Of a stretch of DNA of 64,000 nucleotides, positions 48,023 through 58,833 are shown in pieces. Position numbers and translations under genes: made by a program. The number at the start of each line of letters is the position of its first letter. Within the stretch, counting starts at the first letter, position 1. The stretch covers positions 1-64,000 of IMG/VR virus record IMGVR_UViG_3300031994_000086. The stretch is one strand, 5' to 3'. The notes beneath the pieces are model-generated. The model saw only the letters and a program-made list of their open reading frames with translations, did no database searches and was not told the origin of the DNA. Origin of the DNA: a virus.

Positions 48023-49195
48023 TTAAGCGGTTACAGTACTTACGAACATTCCGTTTGTGGCTGATGGTACACAGAGCTGTGCTGCCTCAGACTCTATATA
48101 GATAGAGTGTGTCTCAGGGATAGCACGCTGTGTAAGTACCAGACGACCACCGTCATACAATGCCACCTTGTCTGCATCGTAGCCGAGAGTGATAGGTGCG
48201 ACACCCATGATATCGCCGAGCTTGCCGTCTGGCACGAAAGCGATATTCTTGCTGTCGAAAGACTCTATCTGTGTAGTCACGATATCCTTTACAGTAGCAT
48301 CTGCGCTGTCAACATAAGCGTAAGTGTCCTTCGGAACTATTCTCACGCCACACAAGCGGTTAAGCCACTCTGCTATAGTGCCTTCGGCTACATTCTGTGC
48401 ATTGGCAACGGCTGTAGTGTCGTCGGCTGCAGCCGGGAACATAGCATAACCGATACGTTTCAGCACTGCTGAGTGTGTCAGAAGGTCGTCGTACATATCC
48501 TGACTTATCTCAACGTGCAGACCACCATAGTAGTGCTTGTCTCTGCGGATGAACTTTATTCTATCCTTGATATACTTGATTGGGTCAGCTGCAGAACCTT
48601 CGGTGGTGCGTGCTGCATTAGTCCACCAACGTGCAGTACCAGTCAGTGTGTCACGGTGTGTAGAGTCGATGAAGTCAATCTCGATGCCCTGCAAGCCACG
48701 TGGATTGTTCTTCTCATCTATGACAAACTTACCTGTTGACACGATACGCATACGCTGATGTGTCAGTGCGTTCATGAAAGAGCCAATCAGACCGTCAGTA
48801 CCCTCATCGATAAGCCCCATAAATACATTACGCATTTCTGGAGTGAGGGCGGCGGCTCCTACCTGTTGCAACAACTGCAGACGCTCTGAGACAATGACAC
48901 GGTTCAGACGATAAAATTTCTTCATCGTAGGAATGTTACCTGTCTTGCCCTTTACCTCTTTGAGTGCAGCCTCGTAGCCTGGAGACTCTGGGTCAACGTA
49001 TGCAGGAAGGGTGTTTGCGCCTGTCTCTGCAATCAACTGTTGGAAGGTGTAGCTCAGCTGCAGTGGAGCGAACTCAAAGCCGTCAACCTGAGCTATATCG
49101 TATTTCTCGGCATAGCGGTCAACAAACTGCTGCCAAGTGTCATTACCCAATCCATAGGCGATGACGTTATACAAATCTAATGGAAGTGTATTCAT
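48023..49195 (-). CDS. major capsid protein candidate
   Basis: 390 aa; lies between the scaffold and the connector genes. Confidence 0.5.
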   Translation of the reverse strand: MNTLPLDLYNVIAYGLGNDTWQQFVDRYAEKYDIAQVDGFEFAPLQLSYTFQQLIAETGANTLPAYVDPESPGYEAALKEVKGKTGNIPTMKKFYRLNRVIVSERLQLLQQVGAAALTPEMRNVFMGLIDEGTDGLIGSFMNALTHQRMRIVSTGKFVIDEKNNPRGLQGIEIDFIDSTHRDTLTGTARWWTNAARTTEGSAADPIKYIKDRIKFIRRDKHYYGGLHVEISQDMYDDLLTHSAVLKRIGYAMFPAAADDTTAVANAQNVAEGTIAEWLNRLCGVRIVPKDTYAYVDSADATVKDIVTTQIESFDSKNIAFVPDGKLGDIMGVAPITLGYDADKVALYDGGRLVLTQRAIPETHSIYIESEAAQLCVPSATNGMFVSTVTA

Positions 49196-49221
49196 TGCTT
49201 TGTGGAATTAAAGGGTTAAAC

Positions 49222-49629
49222 TTAGATTACCCACACTATCTGTGGTACAGTGGTGAGGGTTTTCAATTTTGTCAGTACTGCGGCTGTGTACATATGCTCG
49301 TACAGCTCACCTGCATAAACAGCGGTGCCAGATGCGACAGTGTTTGCGTCGGTAATCACGATATCCTCTTGCAGATATGCGTTGATACCGAGAGAAGAGA
49401 AGGTCTCAGCACCAGTTATTGCTGTGTCGGTATAAGCTACGATAGCCTTCTTGCCGTTTGCATCGACATAGTACTTGATAGGTGTTCCTGCGGGTATCTT
49501 GCCAGCAGCAACCCAGTCAGACACATTCTCTACGATGCCGCCTGCAGGATAGACGTGGCGCACGCTGCGCCATACCTTAGAGGCGTGACCGTAAGTCTTG
49601 GTCTTAGCGTCAAATGTATTTCCGTTCAT
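49222..49629 (-). CDS. head decoration / hypothetical
   Basis: 135 aa. Confidence 0.3.
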   Translation of the reverse strand: MNGNTFDAKTKTYGHASKVWRSVRHVYPAGGIVENVSDWVAAGKIPAGTPIKYYVDANGKKAIVAYTDTAITGAETFSSLGINAYLQEDIVITDANTVASGTAVYAGELYEHMYTAAVLTKLKTLTTVPQIVWVI

Positions 49630-49653
49630 AACTTTTACTTTTAGGGTTGTTAA

Positions 49654-50313
49654 TTACTTTTTGTCGCCCCAGCCCTCCTTGCGCTTTTTCTGTGCGAAGT
49701 AGTCATCTGCGGCATTGTGTCCTTTCTGACCTCCTTGACCACCAGCTCGTGGCGGCTCAGTGTCAAACCCTGCCTCTTTGAGGTTGCGGTAATAAGCCTT
49801 TTCCGCTTCTTTCGTCAAAGCCTTGATGTCCGCATCGGTATCAGGTATCTCTATATCTCTCAACGTTTGTTTCAAGATGTAGGGGTTTTCCTTCAAACCA
49901 GCAGTGTTGAACTTGTTTAGGAGTTCTTCACGGACAGATGATAAGATAGAGGCTTTTTCTGCTTTCTTCTTCTCATCTTTTCTTTCTTGCTCCAAGGCGG
50001 TGATTTTCGCATTCAACTCCTTAAACCGTTTAGACATCTCGTCATCTGGGTCATCCTTCTGACCAGCGTCTGGCTTTGGTTGCTGTCTTTTCCAATCGTT
50101 TATCCTTTCTGATACATCGTGGTTGATTTGACCGTCGATGGTTTTTGCGAGACTGACTTTTCTTTGGATAAACTCATCGGTAAGACGGGTGTCGTCATCT
50201 CCAATCTCTGCAAGGGCATCTTGCAACATACCGTCTAATGTGCGTTCACTTAACTGTAACTTGGTGCTTCCAAGTCCTTCTTGAAATTTGGATTTTAGTG
50301 CTTCTAAGTCCAT
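49654..50313 (-). CDS. scaffolding protein candidate
   Basis: 219 aa, highly charged coiled coil, first gene of the late leftward operon. Confidence 0.45.
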   Translation of the reverse strand: MDLEALKSKFQEGLGSTKLQLSERTLDGMLQDALAEIGDDDTRLTDEFIQRKVSLAKTIDGQINHDVSERINDWKRQQPKPDAGQKDDPDDEMSKRFKELNAKITALEQERKDEKKKAEKASILSSVREELLNKFNTAGLKENPYILKQTLRDIEIPDTDADIKALTKEAEKAYYRNLKEAGFDTEPPRAGGQGGQKGHNAADDYFAQKKRKEGWGDKK

Positions 50314-50329
50314 AACTCTACGAATAATA

Positions 50330-50425
50330 GAATGTTTATTTGCAAATTTAGAATAAAATTCTTATTTTTGCAAATAAAATTAGAGAAAAATTCTTATTTT
50401 TGTAGATAAAATTAGAAAAAACGTA
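50330..50425. promoter_or_regulatory. divergent promoter region with tandem roughly 38-bp repeat carrying TAttTTTG -7 motifs
   Basis: 'aaattcttatttttgcaaataaaattaga' and 'aaattcttatttttgtagataaaattaga'. Confidence 0.4.
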
Positions 50426-50444
50426 TATTTGATATAGAATTTGT

Positions 50445-52076
50445 ATGTCAGAGTTTGAATGTTTTGTGGATGCCTATGGTCACCAGGTCTATACACAGAA
50501 CTACATACAGGGACTACGTGATGCAGACACGAAAAAAAGCGATGGGCTGAAAATCATCGCTCAGCGTGGCGCACAGGAGAGGATTTTGGCTCAAAATGCT
50601 GATATTCTCATCTGTGGAGGTAACCGTGGCGGCTCAAAGACTTTCTCTTTGCTCCTTGAAGGACTATATGACTGCTACGACTCGCATTTTAACGCTATCA
50701 TCTTCCGTAGGGAAAAGCCAGACCTTGATGGCATCATAGATGTGCACGACCAAGTGTATAGTCAGTACGGCACATACAATCGCTCAGACAATGACAAGGC
50801 ATGGTATTTCAACAATGGCGGAAAACTCAAACTGAATTATTACAATGATGAGTTTGAGGACTTCAAGAAGCGTTTTCAGGGACATCAGTATTCTTATATA
50901 GGTGTTGACGAGATAACGCAGATGCCATACAATAAGTTCAAGTATATGCTTACTTGTAACCGTAACGCCTATGGCATACGCAACCGCTTTATAGGGACGT
51001 GCAACCCTGACCCTGACTGTTGGGTGCGCATCTTCATAGACTGGTGGATTGGTGAAGATGGCTATCCTATCAAGGAACGTGATGGTGTACTCCGTTACTG
51101 TTTTATGGACGGCGATGACCCCCATTCTATCTATTGGGGAGACTCAAAGCAAGAGGTGTACGAGCAGTGCAAGCATATCATTGACCCTTTATGGAGTGAC
51201 AAGTATGCGGAGTTAGGCTACAATAAGGTGGATATGTTTATCAAGTCCGTCACTTTTGTGAAAGCTGCCCTCGAAGATAACGTAAAACTCCTTTCGTCAG
51301 ACCCGACGTATGTTGCCAACCTCGCAGGACAGGATGAGGAACAGCGTATGCGTGACCTCGATGGTAACTGGAACTGGAAGAATACAGGCTCTGACCTTAT
51401 CAAAATGGCGGATTTAGAGCAGGTTTTCAATAACTCTCAGCAAGAAGGTGACGGAGTGCGCAGAGCCTCGTGCGATATCGCCTTTACGGGTGGTGATAAC
51501 CTCGTTATGTGGCTTTGGGAGGGCAATCACATACTCGACCTGTATGTCTGCCGTACGGACTCACGTATCGTTGTAGCAACTGTCAAGGAGAAGTTGGCAG
51601 AGTGGGGGGTATTGGAGGAGAATATGACATACGACCTCAATGGCATAGGGCAGTATTTCAAGGGCTATTTCCCGTCAGCGATGCCTTTTAACAATATGGC
51701 GGCTCCGATAGCGCAGAACAGTAACGACGCAAAGGGTATCAAGTACCTCTATGCCAATTTGAAGTCTCAATGCGCATATATCTTCTACAAGATGATACTG
51801 TCGCAGGAGATAAGCATAGATAATCGTCTGTTAGAAAAAAAGTACTCTGGTAACGGCTATGAGAACCGTCCTCTGCGTGATATACTTATGAAAGAACGTA
51901 AATGTTTCCGTCGTGCGGTATCATCAGAGGATAAGGGCTTTGCGCTGATAAAGAAAAGTGAGATGAAACGTATAGTTGGGCACTCTCCTGACTTTTGGGA
52001 GTCCCTTTTCTATATAGTTATATTCCAGTTGCATAAGAACAAACATAAAAAACCTAAGGGGCTATGGATGTATTAA
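50445..52076 (+). CDS. terL: terminase large subunit
   Basis: 'ILICGGNRGGSKTFSLLLE' (Walker A), 'YIGVDEITQMP' (Walker B); C-terminal nuclease-sized region. Confidence 0.8.
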   Translation: MSEFECFVDAYGHQVYTQNYIQGLRDADTKKSDGLKIIAQRGAQERILAQNADILICGGNRGGSKTFSLLLEGLYDCYDSHFNAIIFRREKPDLDGIIDVHDQVYSQYGTYNRSDNDKAWYFNNGGKLKLNYYNDEFEDFKKRFQGHQYSYIGVDEITQMPYNKFKYMLTCNRNAYGIRNRFIGTCNPDPDCWVRIFIDWWIGEDGYPIKERDGVLRYCFMDGDDPHSIYWGDSKQEVYEQCKHIIDPLWSDKYAELGYNKVDMFIKSVTFVKAALEDNVKLLSSDPTYVANLAGQDEEQRMRDLDGNWNWKNTGSDLIKMADLEQVFNNSQQEGDGVRRASCDIAFTGGDNLVMWLWEGNHILDLYVCRTDSRIVVATVKEKLAEWGVLEENMTYDLNGIGQYFKGYFPSAMPFNNMAAPIAQNSNDAKGIKYLYANLKSQCAYIFYKMILSQEISIDNRLLEKKYSGNGYENRPLRDILMKERKCFRRAVSSEDKGFALIKKSEMKRIVGHSPDFWESLFYIVIFQLHKNKHKKPKGLWMY

Positions 52077-53785
52077 ATTTTAGAGAGATTTTGGTCAAGC
52101 AGCCGTTCTTACAGATAACGGCTCGGAGACCGTTGGAAACACTAAGGGTTGTTGACAAGAAAGATGCTGTTGAGTATGAGGGACAGGACAAAGCGTCATA
52201 CACGGTATTGTCGCAAGAGGAGATGTTACGTCAGTATTATCCTACAGGACACAAGATAAACAACGAGCTTCTTTATCCCGACATTTGGAAGCAAGACCCT
52301 GACACAAAGAAATGGTATCAGCAGAAGATAACACGTTGTTCGTTGGGTTTTCAGCAAGTGATAACAACTAAGCATATTATTCACTTGACGGGTAACGATG
52401 TTCAATTTGAACTTGCTGAGGGCGACAAGGATGTAAACAAGCGTGAACTTGCTGTTGGTGAGGATATCAATCCTGACCTGTTGTTCAAGGAAGATGAAGG
52501 CAGTCGTGCCCATCTTTTGTCTCTATTCCGTCAAGGATGGCTGAAACTCGGAATGGAGATGGTATTCTATGAGACGGTTCGCTCTCTGATGATAACGGCG
52601 GAGTGTGCTGTTGTAGCCTACCGGCGTGGCAAGGGTAACGCAGGCTTCCGTTCATTGTCGTATCTTAACGGCGACAAGCTCTATCCTCATTACGACCCTG
52701 TGAGTGGCGAGCTTACCCTCTTTGCCCGTAAGTTCTACGACTATGATGAGGACGGCACGGCGATTACTGAATGGGTGGAGGTATGGGATGATAAGATGTT
52801 CTATCGTTTCAAACGCAGTACTCCTGAGAGTTCTACGGTTATCCGCATAAAGGATTGGTTCGGTCTTAACGGTTTTGAGAAAGTCTTGGAGGAGCGACAC
52901 GGTTTTGACTTCATACCTGTGGCTTATTGCCGTAATGATAACGGCTGTTGTTGGTCTGCGGCACAGGATACCATCGAGAAGTTCGAGGAGGCGATGTCAT
53001 ATTTCTTTGAGAACAACAAGGCTTTTGCCTTCCCAATCCTTGTAGTGTCTGGTGAAGGTGTGGAGTTGAAAGGCGATGCCAACGGTGCGGTAAAGGCTAT
53101 CTCCATAGACAGCAGTGACGGTGATGCGCATTTCCTTGACCATAACGATGTATCAAACTCATACAACACCCTCTTGACAAAGTTCTACGACCTTATCTAT
53201 GAGCAGTCTTTCACCGTCAAGCCACCAGAATTGAAGTCAGGCGACCTGCCAGGCGTGGCATTGAAACTGCTGTACTCTCCTGCGATAGAGCGAGCCATAG
53301 AAGATGCTCAGATACTCCAACCTCTCCTTGACAAGTTGGTGTATATGGTCAAATATATATGGGGCTTGCATGAGGATTGTCAGGCAGACCTTCTAAGTCT
53401 TGATATCAATGCGTGGATTGAGCCTTATGTGCACCAGAATGACACTGAGTTGACCACCAATCTTTCCCAGGCGGTACAGAACAACATTCTGTCTATCCGT
53501 ACGGCTTCTGAGCGTCTTACCAAGTATGCTAAGAATGACGAGTATGAGCGCATAACCCGTCAGATGAAGGAGAAGATGCTGCTGAACGTAGCAGAGGCTA
53601 ACTTGAAGCGGACGCACACTGTAAAGGAGGATATCCGCAAACAGGAGACTCTGTTAAAATTCGGCAAAGGACAGGATGTGAACACAGGTCTTGGTGGTGG
53701 CAGTGGTCGTACAAGAGAGACGGACGAGAACGGCAACCACCCAGGAGAGAATAATTGGGATAAGTTCGACCAACAGAGATTTTGA
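52064..53785 (+). CDS. portal protein candidate
   Basis: 573 aa, directly after terL. Confidence 0.55.
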   Translation: MDVLNFREILVKQPFLQITARRPLETLRVVDKKDAVEYEGQDKASYTVLSQEEMLRQYYPTGHKINNELLYPDIWKQDPDTKKWYQQKITRCSLGFQQVITTKHIIHLTGNDVQFELAEGDKDVNKRELAVGEDINPDLLFKEDEGSRAHLLSLFRQGWLKLGMEMVFYETVRSLMITAECAVVAYRRGKGNAGFRSLSYLNGDKLYPHYDPVSGELTLFARKFYDYDEDGTAITEWVEVWDDKMFYRFKRSTPESSTVIRIKDWFGLNGFEKVLEERHGFDFIPVAYCRNDNGCCWSAAQDTIEKFEEAMSYFFENNKAFAFPILVVSGEGVELKGDANGAVKAISIDSSDGDAHFLDHNDVSNSYNTLLTKFYDLIYEQSFTVKPPELKSGDLPGVALKLLYSPAIERAIEDAQILQPLLDKLVYMVKYIWGLHEDCQADLLSLDINAWIEPYVHQNDTELTTNLSQAVQNNILSIRTASERLTKYAKNDEYERITRQMKEKMLLNVAEANLKRTHTVKEDIRKQETLLKFGKGQDVNTGLGGGSGRTRETDENGNHPGENNWDKFDQQRF

Positions 53786-54333
53786 CGATGAGAACATTGC
53801 AGTATAGTAGCAAGACGACATCTCTTGCATCGGTATATGACCTCAGTGTAGACGAATTGGCTTTCGTTGACCTTATAGCATCAGGATGGGACACCAGCGA
53901 TGCTTTCTGCTATACTATGACAGAAGAGGCAGAGGGTATGAGCACATCGGCGATAGACAAGGGCGCTCGTGAGATTTTGGCGCGCCCAGGAGCAAAGAAG
54001 CGTATCAGGGAGTTACGTAAGACTGGCATCAATGAGGCTGCCAAGGATGCTGTACGTAGTGCCAGAGAGCCAGTAAGGGATGATGAGGATGTATTGAAGC
54101 AGTTATCCAAGGAGAGTATGCTTCGTGACCTCTATCTTGCGAGAAAGAAGATGAAGATAGGCTCAAAGGACTGGCTTGACACTAACAAGATGATAGCGGA
54201 CATCACCCGTATGAAACAGGAGGAGGTAAAGACGGAGGACAATACCGTCCATTTCTATCTCCCCCTGACGTGTAACAAATGCTCTCTGTATATCGTAAAC
54301 AAGCAGAAAGAGCAGGAGATGTTGCGTCAATAA
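53782..54333 (+). CDS. small DNA-binding protein, possibly terminase small subunit-like
   Basis: 183 aa; N-terminal 'LSVDELAFVDLIASGWDTSDAFCYTM...AIDKGAREILARPGAKKRIRELRK' resembles the TerS HTH region; its position after the portal is atypical. Confidence 0.3.
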   Translation: MTMRTLQYSSKTTSLASVYDLSVDELAFVDLIASGWDTSDAFCYTMTEEAEGMSTSAIDKGAREILARPGAKKRIRELRKTGINEAAKDAVRSAREPVRDDEDVLKQLSKESMLRDLYLARKKMKIGSKDWLDTNKMIADITRMKQEEVKTEDNTVHFYLPLTCNKCSLYIVNKQKEQEMLRQ

Positions 54334-54444
54334 TGTTAAAAATTGTAGAAAAATCGCTTTTTTGTTGTTTTTCTGCTTGTTATTTACTATCTTTGTAATT
54401 GCAATTCACACTGACCAAATATAATTGTAAGGTTAAACAATAGA

Positions 54445-54478
54445 GGCGGATAGATTTTTTGCTATCCGCCTTTTTTTT
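54445..54478. terminator. bidirectional rho-independent terminator (GGCGGATAG...CTATCCGCC plus T8)
   Basis: Visible directly. Confidence 0.5.
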
Positions 54479-54854
54479 ATTTGCTTGTCTGTCTTTCTAT
54501 GAGATGTCTCTTTATCTCTTCTTTCTCTGCATAATAGTCGTTATCTCCTATTGTTACAGCATCCTCCATCAGCAGCTTCAAGAATGTCTCCAATGTTTTG
54601 AGTTCCTTCTCGTCGTCATGTGAGAAGGCGTTGATACAGTGGAACATCTTACAGTATGACGGGTATTCCACCGCCCACACGCCGGTATTGTGCTCTATGC
54701 GTGTCACCATACACGTCTTACTGCCTTCCAAGTCCTTCTCTGCCTGTTCTCCGAGTTGTTCTTTTATAGCCTTACGCTGATACTCGGTGATTTCTCTCTC
54801 TGAGTTCCTGATGATGAACTCTCCGATAATAAAATTGTCTTTTCTCTTTTCCAT
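54477..54854 (-). CDS. hypothetical protein
   Basis: 125 aa. Confidence 0.35.
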   Translation of the reverse strand: MEKRKDNFIIGEFIIRNSEREITEYQRKAIKEQLGEQAEKDLEGSKTCMVTRIEHNTGVWAVEYPSYCKMFHCINAFSHDDEKELKTLETFLKLLMEDAVTIGDNDYYAEKEEIKRHLIERQTSK

Positions 54855-54867
54855 AGTGGTAGTGTTT

Positions 54868-56409
54868 TTAGTCTGTTTCTTCTATGTATGTCTCTTTGTT
54901 CAAGTTTACCTTGTCCTCGCTTTTAAGGAATGTCTCGTTTCTTATCACAAACGGCGTGAGCAGGTCTCTCATCATTATGCCATAGAGCTTGTACTGGTAG
55001 CCGTCTCTGTCTCTTTTCTTGTCAAAGCCCATAGATGACAGGGTATGTCCCACTTTCTGTTTTGTAGGGCAGTCCACGCCGTTATCCTCGCAGAAGTCGG
55101 CTATACAGTTGTATATCTCTGCCGATGTCACCCATATATTCGCCTCATTCCTTGCCTGTGCCTCTGCACGTACGTGATAGGCATTAGCCCAGGCTATTAT
55201 CGGGTTTCCGTGCAGCTGTGCCAACAGCAGTTGTCTCCTGCTTCCCTCTGCATCAGGGAACTGGAACTTACGTTTCCTTATCTCTCTTGTACCTCTCATC
55301 ACCCAGTTGAAGATACCGCTGTACTCCTTTGCAAGCTCGTGAGCAAGTTCCTTGTTCTGTTTCTCTTCTGGTATAGTGACCTCAAAAGACACAAACTGCA
55401 GTCTGCGTATAAACCCTAACGAGTTGTCATCGGGGTACGGCAAGTCATTGAGATTAAAGATAAGGTACGGCAGTCGGAAGTTCTGTGCCACATTACCGCC
55501 TATTGCCCTGTCTGTTACAGGCTCTCCGCTGACTATTCTCTTGAATACACCTGTCCTTTTCTTCCCAAAGGTACGTGAGTCACTGTCAGACGACCAGTTG
55601 AAGATGGCATCGCGCAATAGTAACCTCGCACGCATACCCTCATCACCTCCTGCAGTCAACTCGTCATAATCCACTCCGCTTATCCTGCTCTTGCCGAATA
55701 CTCCCATAGCAGTCTGATACACCACACTCTTACCGTTAGCACCACTGCCTATCAAGACAAGGCACAACTCCACCTTTGACCTCTCCTTACCCTCTGACTG
55801 CTCATAGACAGTACCTCTCTCTATCAATCCCAGTCCTAAGAACATCTGCAGTATTATCCTGCTCCTCTTGTCAGGCAACACCTCTTTCAAGAACTCCTGC
55901 CACTTAGGACACTTAGCCTGTGGATTGTAAGGGTACGGATGATAGTACAGACAGTGATATGACGTAGAGAAGCTGTGGAAACTGCAATCCTCTAACTCCA
56001 ATACACCGTTGCTGAAAGCCACAATGTCTAACCTCGGCTCTAACTTGTTCGTTATCTTTATAGAACGCATAAAGTCAAACTTGAACACATCACGCTTACG
56101 CTTCTGAGACAACTTCAAACCTATACGCATCATCCATAAGTCAAACGCACTCTCTACCGCATCCATACTCACAGGAACATATATCCTGCCGTCAAAAACA
56201 TAGAATACACCATTGTGCCACTTCAAACTACACCTCGCAGCAATGTTGTATATCTCCTCTATCAAGGCATTCTCTACCTCAGGCTCATAACGATAGTGAA
56301 CATCACGAAACATCTGAACAACCTGAGACATCCTACTGTCTATACCCTGACTCAAACTAAATAACTCATCGTACACTAACGTACGCATCTCAATCTCTGT
56401 CATAATCAA
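54868..56409 (-). CDS. P4/D5-family primase C-terminal domain plus SF3 helicase protein
   Basis: 513 aa; 'LVLIGSGANGKSVVYQTAMGVFG' Walker A in a D5_N/Primase_C-like context. Confidence 0.55.
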   Translation of the reverse strand: MIMTEIEMRTLVYDELFSLSQGIDSRMSQVVQMFRDVHYRYEPEVENALIEEIYNIAARCSLKWHNGVFYVFDGRIYVPVSMDAVESAFDLWMMRIGLKLSQKRKRDVFKFDFMRSIKITNKLEPRLDIVAFSNGVLELEDCSFHSFSTSYHCLYYHPYPYNPQAKCPKWQEFLKEVLPDKRSRIILQMFLGLGLIERGTVYEQSEGKERSKVELCLVLIGSGANGKSVVYQTAMGVFGKSRISGVDYDELTAGGDEGMRARLLLRDAIFNWSSDSDSRTFGKKRTGVFKRIVSGEPVTDRAIGGNVAQNFRLPYLIFNLNDLPYPDDNSLGFIRRLQFVSFEVTIPEEKQNKELAHELAKEYSGIFNWVMRGTREIRKRKFQFPDAEGSRRQLLLAQLHGNPIIAWANAYHVRAEAQARNEANIWVTSAEIYNCIADFCEDNGVDCPTKQKVGHTLSSMGFDKKRDRDGYQYKLYGIMMRDLLTPFVIRNETFLKSEDKVNLNKETYIEETD

Positions 56410-57184
56410 CCTCCTTCTTCTAATTCTATAACTCTAAATCCTAACTAATAAATAAACCGTATCAACTATATTTTACTTAAATAATTGACAAAAGTCAATT
56501 TTAACCCCGATAATTCATTTTTGTGATAAAAACACAAATCATACACACTGTATAACGTGCAGATAATCACATATATACAAATTTCGTGTGAACGAGTGAA
56601 CGCACCAGAGGGGGGCACTAAGAATTTCTACGAGCGTGAACACGAACGCAAAAACATAGTTTTTATTCATATAATACACAAAGTTAATAAATTCTACGCA
56701 ATTAGACAAATATTCATACATAAATAGAATTTTATTCATACATAACTGTGATAGAACTTGAATTATTTTACATTTTTTTAAGTATGTTAATTTAGGGAAT
56801 TTTAACAATTGGAAATTCGGAGAGAAAAATTTTGGGAAAAATTTGGGAGAAAAATTTTTGAAAAAAAATATTTAGGGGAGGTCAATAGGGGTCCCCATTT
56901 GACTTACATCAAGGGGGGTGTATACCCTTTCACTTAAAAACTATACATAAAGACGGCTAAATGTGCATAAAAGTAACATTTTGTTACTTTTTAGTGTGCG
57001 TTTGTGTCGCTTTGCAAGCGTTGGAACGTGGCGCATAATAAAACGTTAGTTTGTTTGTGTATGTGCGAAATTATGCGTACCTTTGTAATAGATAAAGGAT
57101 AAAACGTTATCCGATGAGTTAGCGACAATATAAAACAGGGAAAATTTCCCTAAAACATATTATTAACTTAAAAAATTTGAAATT
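56410..57184. promoter_or_regulatory. AT-rich ori/promoter-like region with short direct repeats and G6 tracts
   Basis: 'gggaaaaatttgggagaaaaattttt' repeats at 56815-56870; G6 at 56610 and 56913. Confidence 0.3.
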
Positions 57185-57712
57185 ATGACTACAAGAAACG
57201 AAAAGCAAATCAAGAATTTGCAGAAAGAAGAAACCAGGAAAGCAACGGTTAAAACTTCTAAGGGAGGAACAACAGACCCAACGGGCGAAAAGATGGAGAA
57301 AACAGACAAAGCGACCTTTGTCAAACTCTTTCAAAAAGTTGTTAACAATCATCTTTCCGAGATGCTCGCGGAAACTTGCAAACTTGCCCAAAGTAACGAA
57401 GAATTAAAAGAGGAGGGCGCAAAAATTGCAGAAATGCTGAATGAGTTGCAAAAGTATTCTTGCCGTTGGCAATCTTTAGGAGATGCAAGTTTAAGCAAAG
57501 ATTCTTTCAAATCTCGCATAATGAGAGAAGACGAAGAAACGGGCTATTATCTTGTAAGAAATGACGGCACAGTTTCCGAAATTGCGGGAAATTTACACTC
57601 ATTCTTTGTATATAACAAAGAACGTGAAAGGATTGCAGAACGTAAGAGGTTACAAGCGTTTAAGAATTTGAGCCGTGAAGAACAAATTAAACTGCTTTCT
57701 TCTTTGATGTAA
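57185..57712 (+). CDS. hypothetical K/E-rich protein
   Basis: 175 aa; 'attattaac' box at 57161. Confidence 0.4.
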   Translation: MTTRNEKQIKNLQKEETRKATVKTSKGGTTDPTGEKMEKTDKATFVKLFQKVVNNHLSEMLAETCKLAQSNEELKEEGAKIAEMLNELQKYSCRWQSLGDASLSKDSFKSRIMREDEETGYYLVRNDGTVSEIAGNLHSFFVYNKERERIAERKRLQAFKNLSREEQIKLLSSLM

Positions 57713-57736
57713 GACACACAGACAATTAAAACAAAT

Positions 57737-57762
57737 TAGGCGGATTATTTCCGCCTTTTTTG
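57737..57762 (+). terminator. rho-independent terminator (GGCGG-attattt-CCGCC plus T6)
   Basis: Visible directly. Confidence 0.5.
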
Positions 57763-58362
57763 TTGCCCTTTACCGTTTGGGGGTTTATGAGGTCCGAAAC
57801 CTCAAAAGGGCACAAATAACATAATAAAGCGTTTATATTCTGTTAAACGTATTAGCCAAGAAAGACGGCAAAAAGCCGTTTTTTTTGTTGTCCGTTCCAG
57901 GCGGATGCGAACAAATTGTTTTGCATCCGTATTAAGTCGGGAGATAAAAAGCGTAAATAATTGTTTTCGTCGCTTGTCATAGCGATGACAGCGCAAAGAA
58001 ACGTGCAAGTACTTGCAAGAATTGTTTGAGGAAAGCGTGCTATTTGTGAGATTAAAGAAGAAAACATTACGCAACAGAAAAAATCATATTCTTTTTTATA
58101 TGTGAAAAAATCGGAGAGAAAAAACGATAGAGAAAAAACTCCGCTGCGCTGCCAGTGCCGAAAGTGTGCGAAGTGGTTAAACGCACATAGTAGGCTAAAG
58201 GGAAATATTTTAGTTCACATTTTAATTTTCCCGTTCAGGTAAAAAATGATATTAACCACGAAACAGATTGTTATCTGTGGGATGGGTAGAATAAAGAAAC
58301 GTTTGGGAGAGTCCGACAAACTTCCTCCATCTATGGACAAATAGAAGGCAAAAACGGAGGGC

Positions 58363-58572
58363 GTGCATTTGTTTGTGCGCTCTCTACTAATTATTAACCA
58401 ATTAAAAGAAAAGATTATGAAAATAGAAGTTTATGACCCGATTACATTAATTGTTGTTTGGGAAAAAGATTACGAAGCACAAAACAAGAAAGATGCTATA
58501 ACGAGAGCTGCGTATGATTTCTGCGAAGAAACAAGTTTCAGCCCTGGCGATTTTAATGTACGTGTTAAGTGA
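58363..58572 (+). CDS. hypothetical small protein
   Basis: 69 aa. Confidence 0.3.
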   Translation: MHLFVRSLLIINQLKEKIMKIEVYDPITLIVVWEKDYEAQNKKDAITRAAYDFCEETSFSPGDFNVRVK

Positions 58573-58634
58573 TTTGCCTACGGCATACGGAGAAATCCGT
58601 GTGCTACTAATTGTTTAACTAAAAAACTAAGAAT

Positions 58635-58757
58635 ATGGATACAAGAGAAATGCTGTCCCTCGCCCTGGCGATATGTGCAGGCGTGGACGTTGACACAGAA
58701 AAAGAAGAAATTGCAAAGGCTTATCCCGTGGCATATTTTGATATGACACAGGGCTGA
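58635..58757 (+). CDS. hypothetical 40-aa peptide
   Basis: 'aattgtttaac' box 45 nt upstream. Confidence 0.2.
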   Translation: MDTREMLSLALAICAGVDVDTEKEEIAKAYPVAYFDMTQG

Positions 58758-58833
58758 GGATTTTTTGTCTGACTCGCTTTGTGGAAAATCACAAAGTGAG
58801 TACGATTGTTTAACCTACAAAGAAAAAAGAAAG

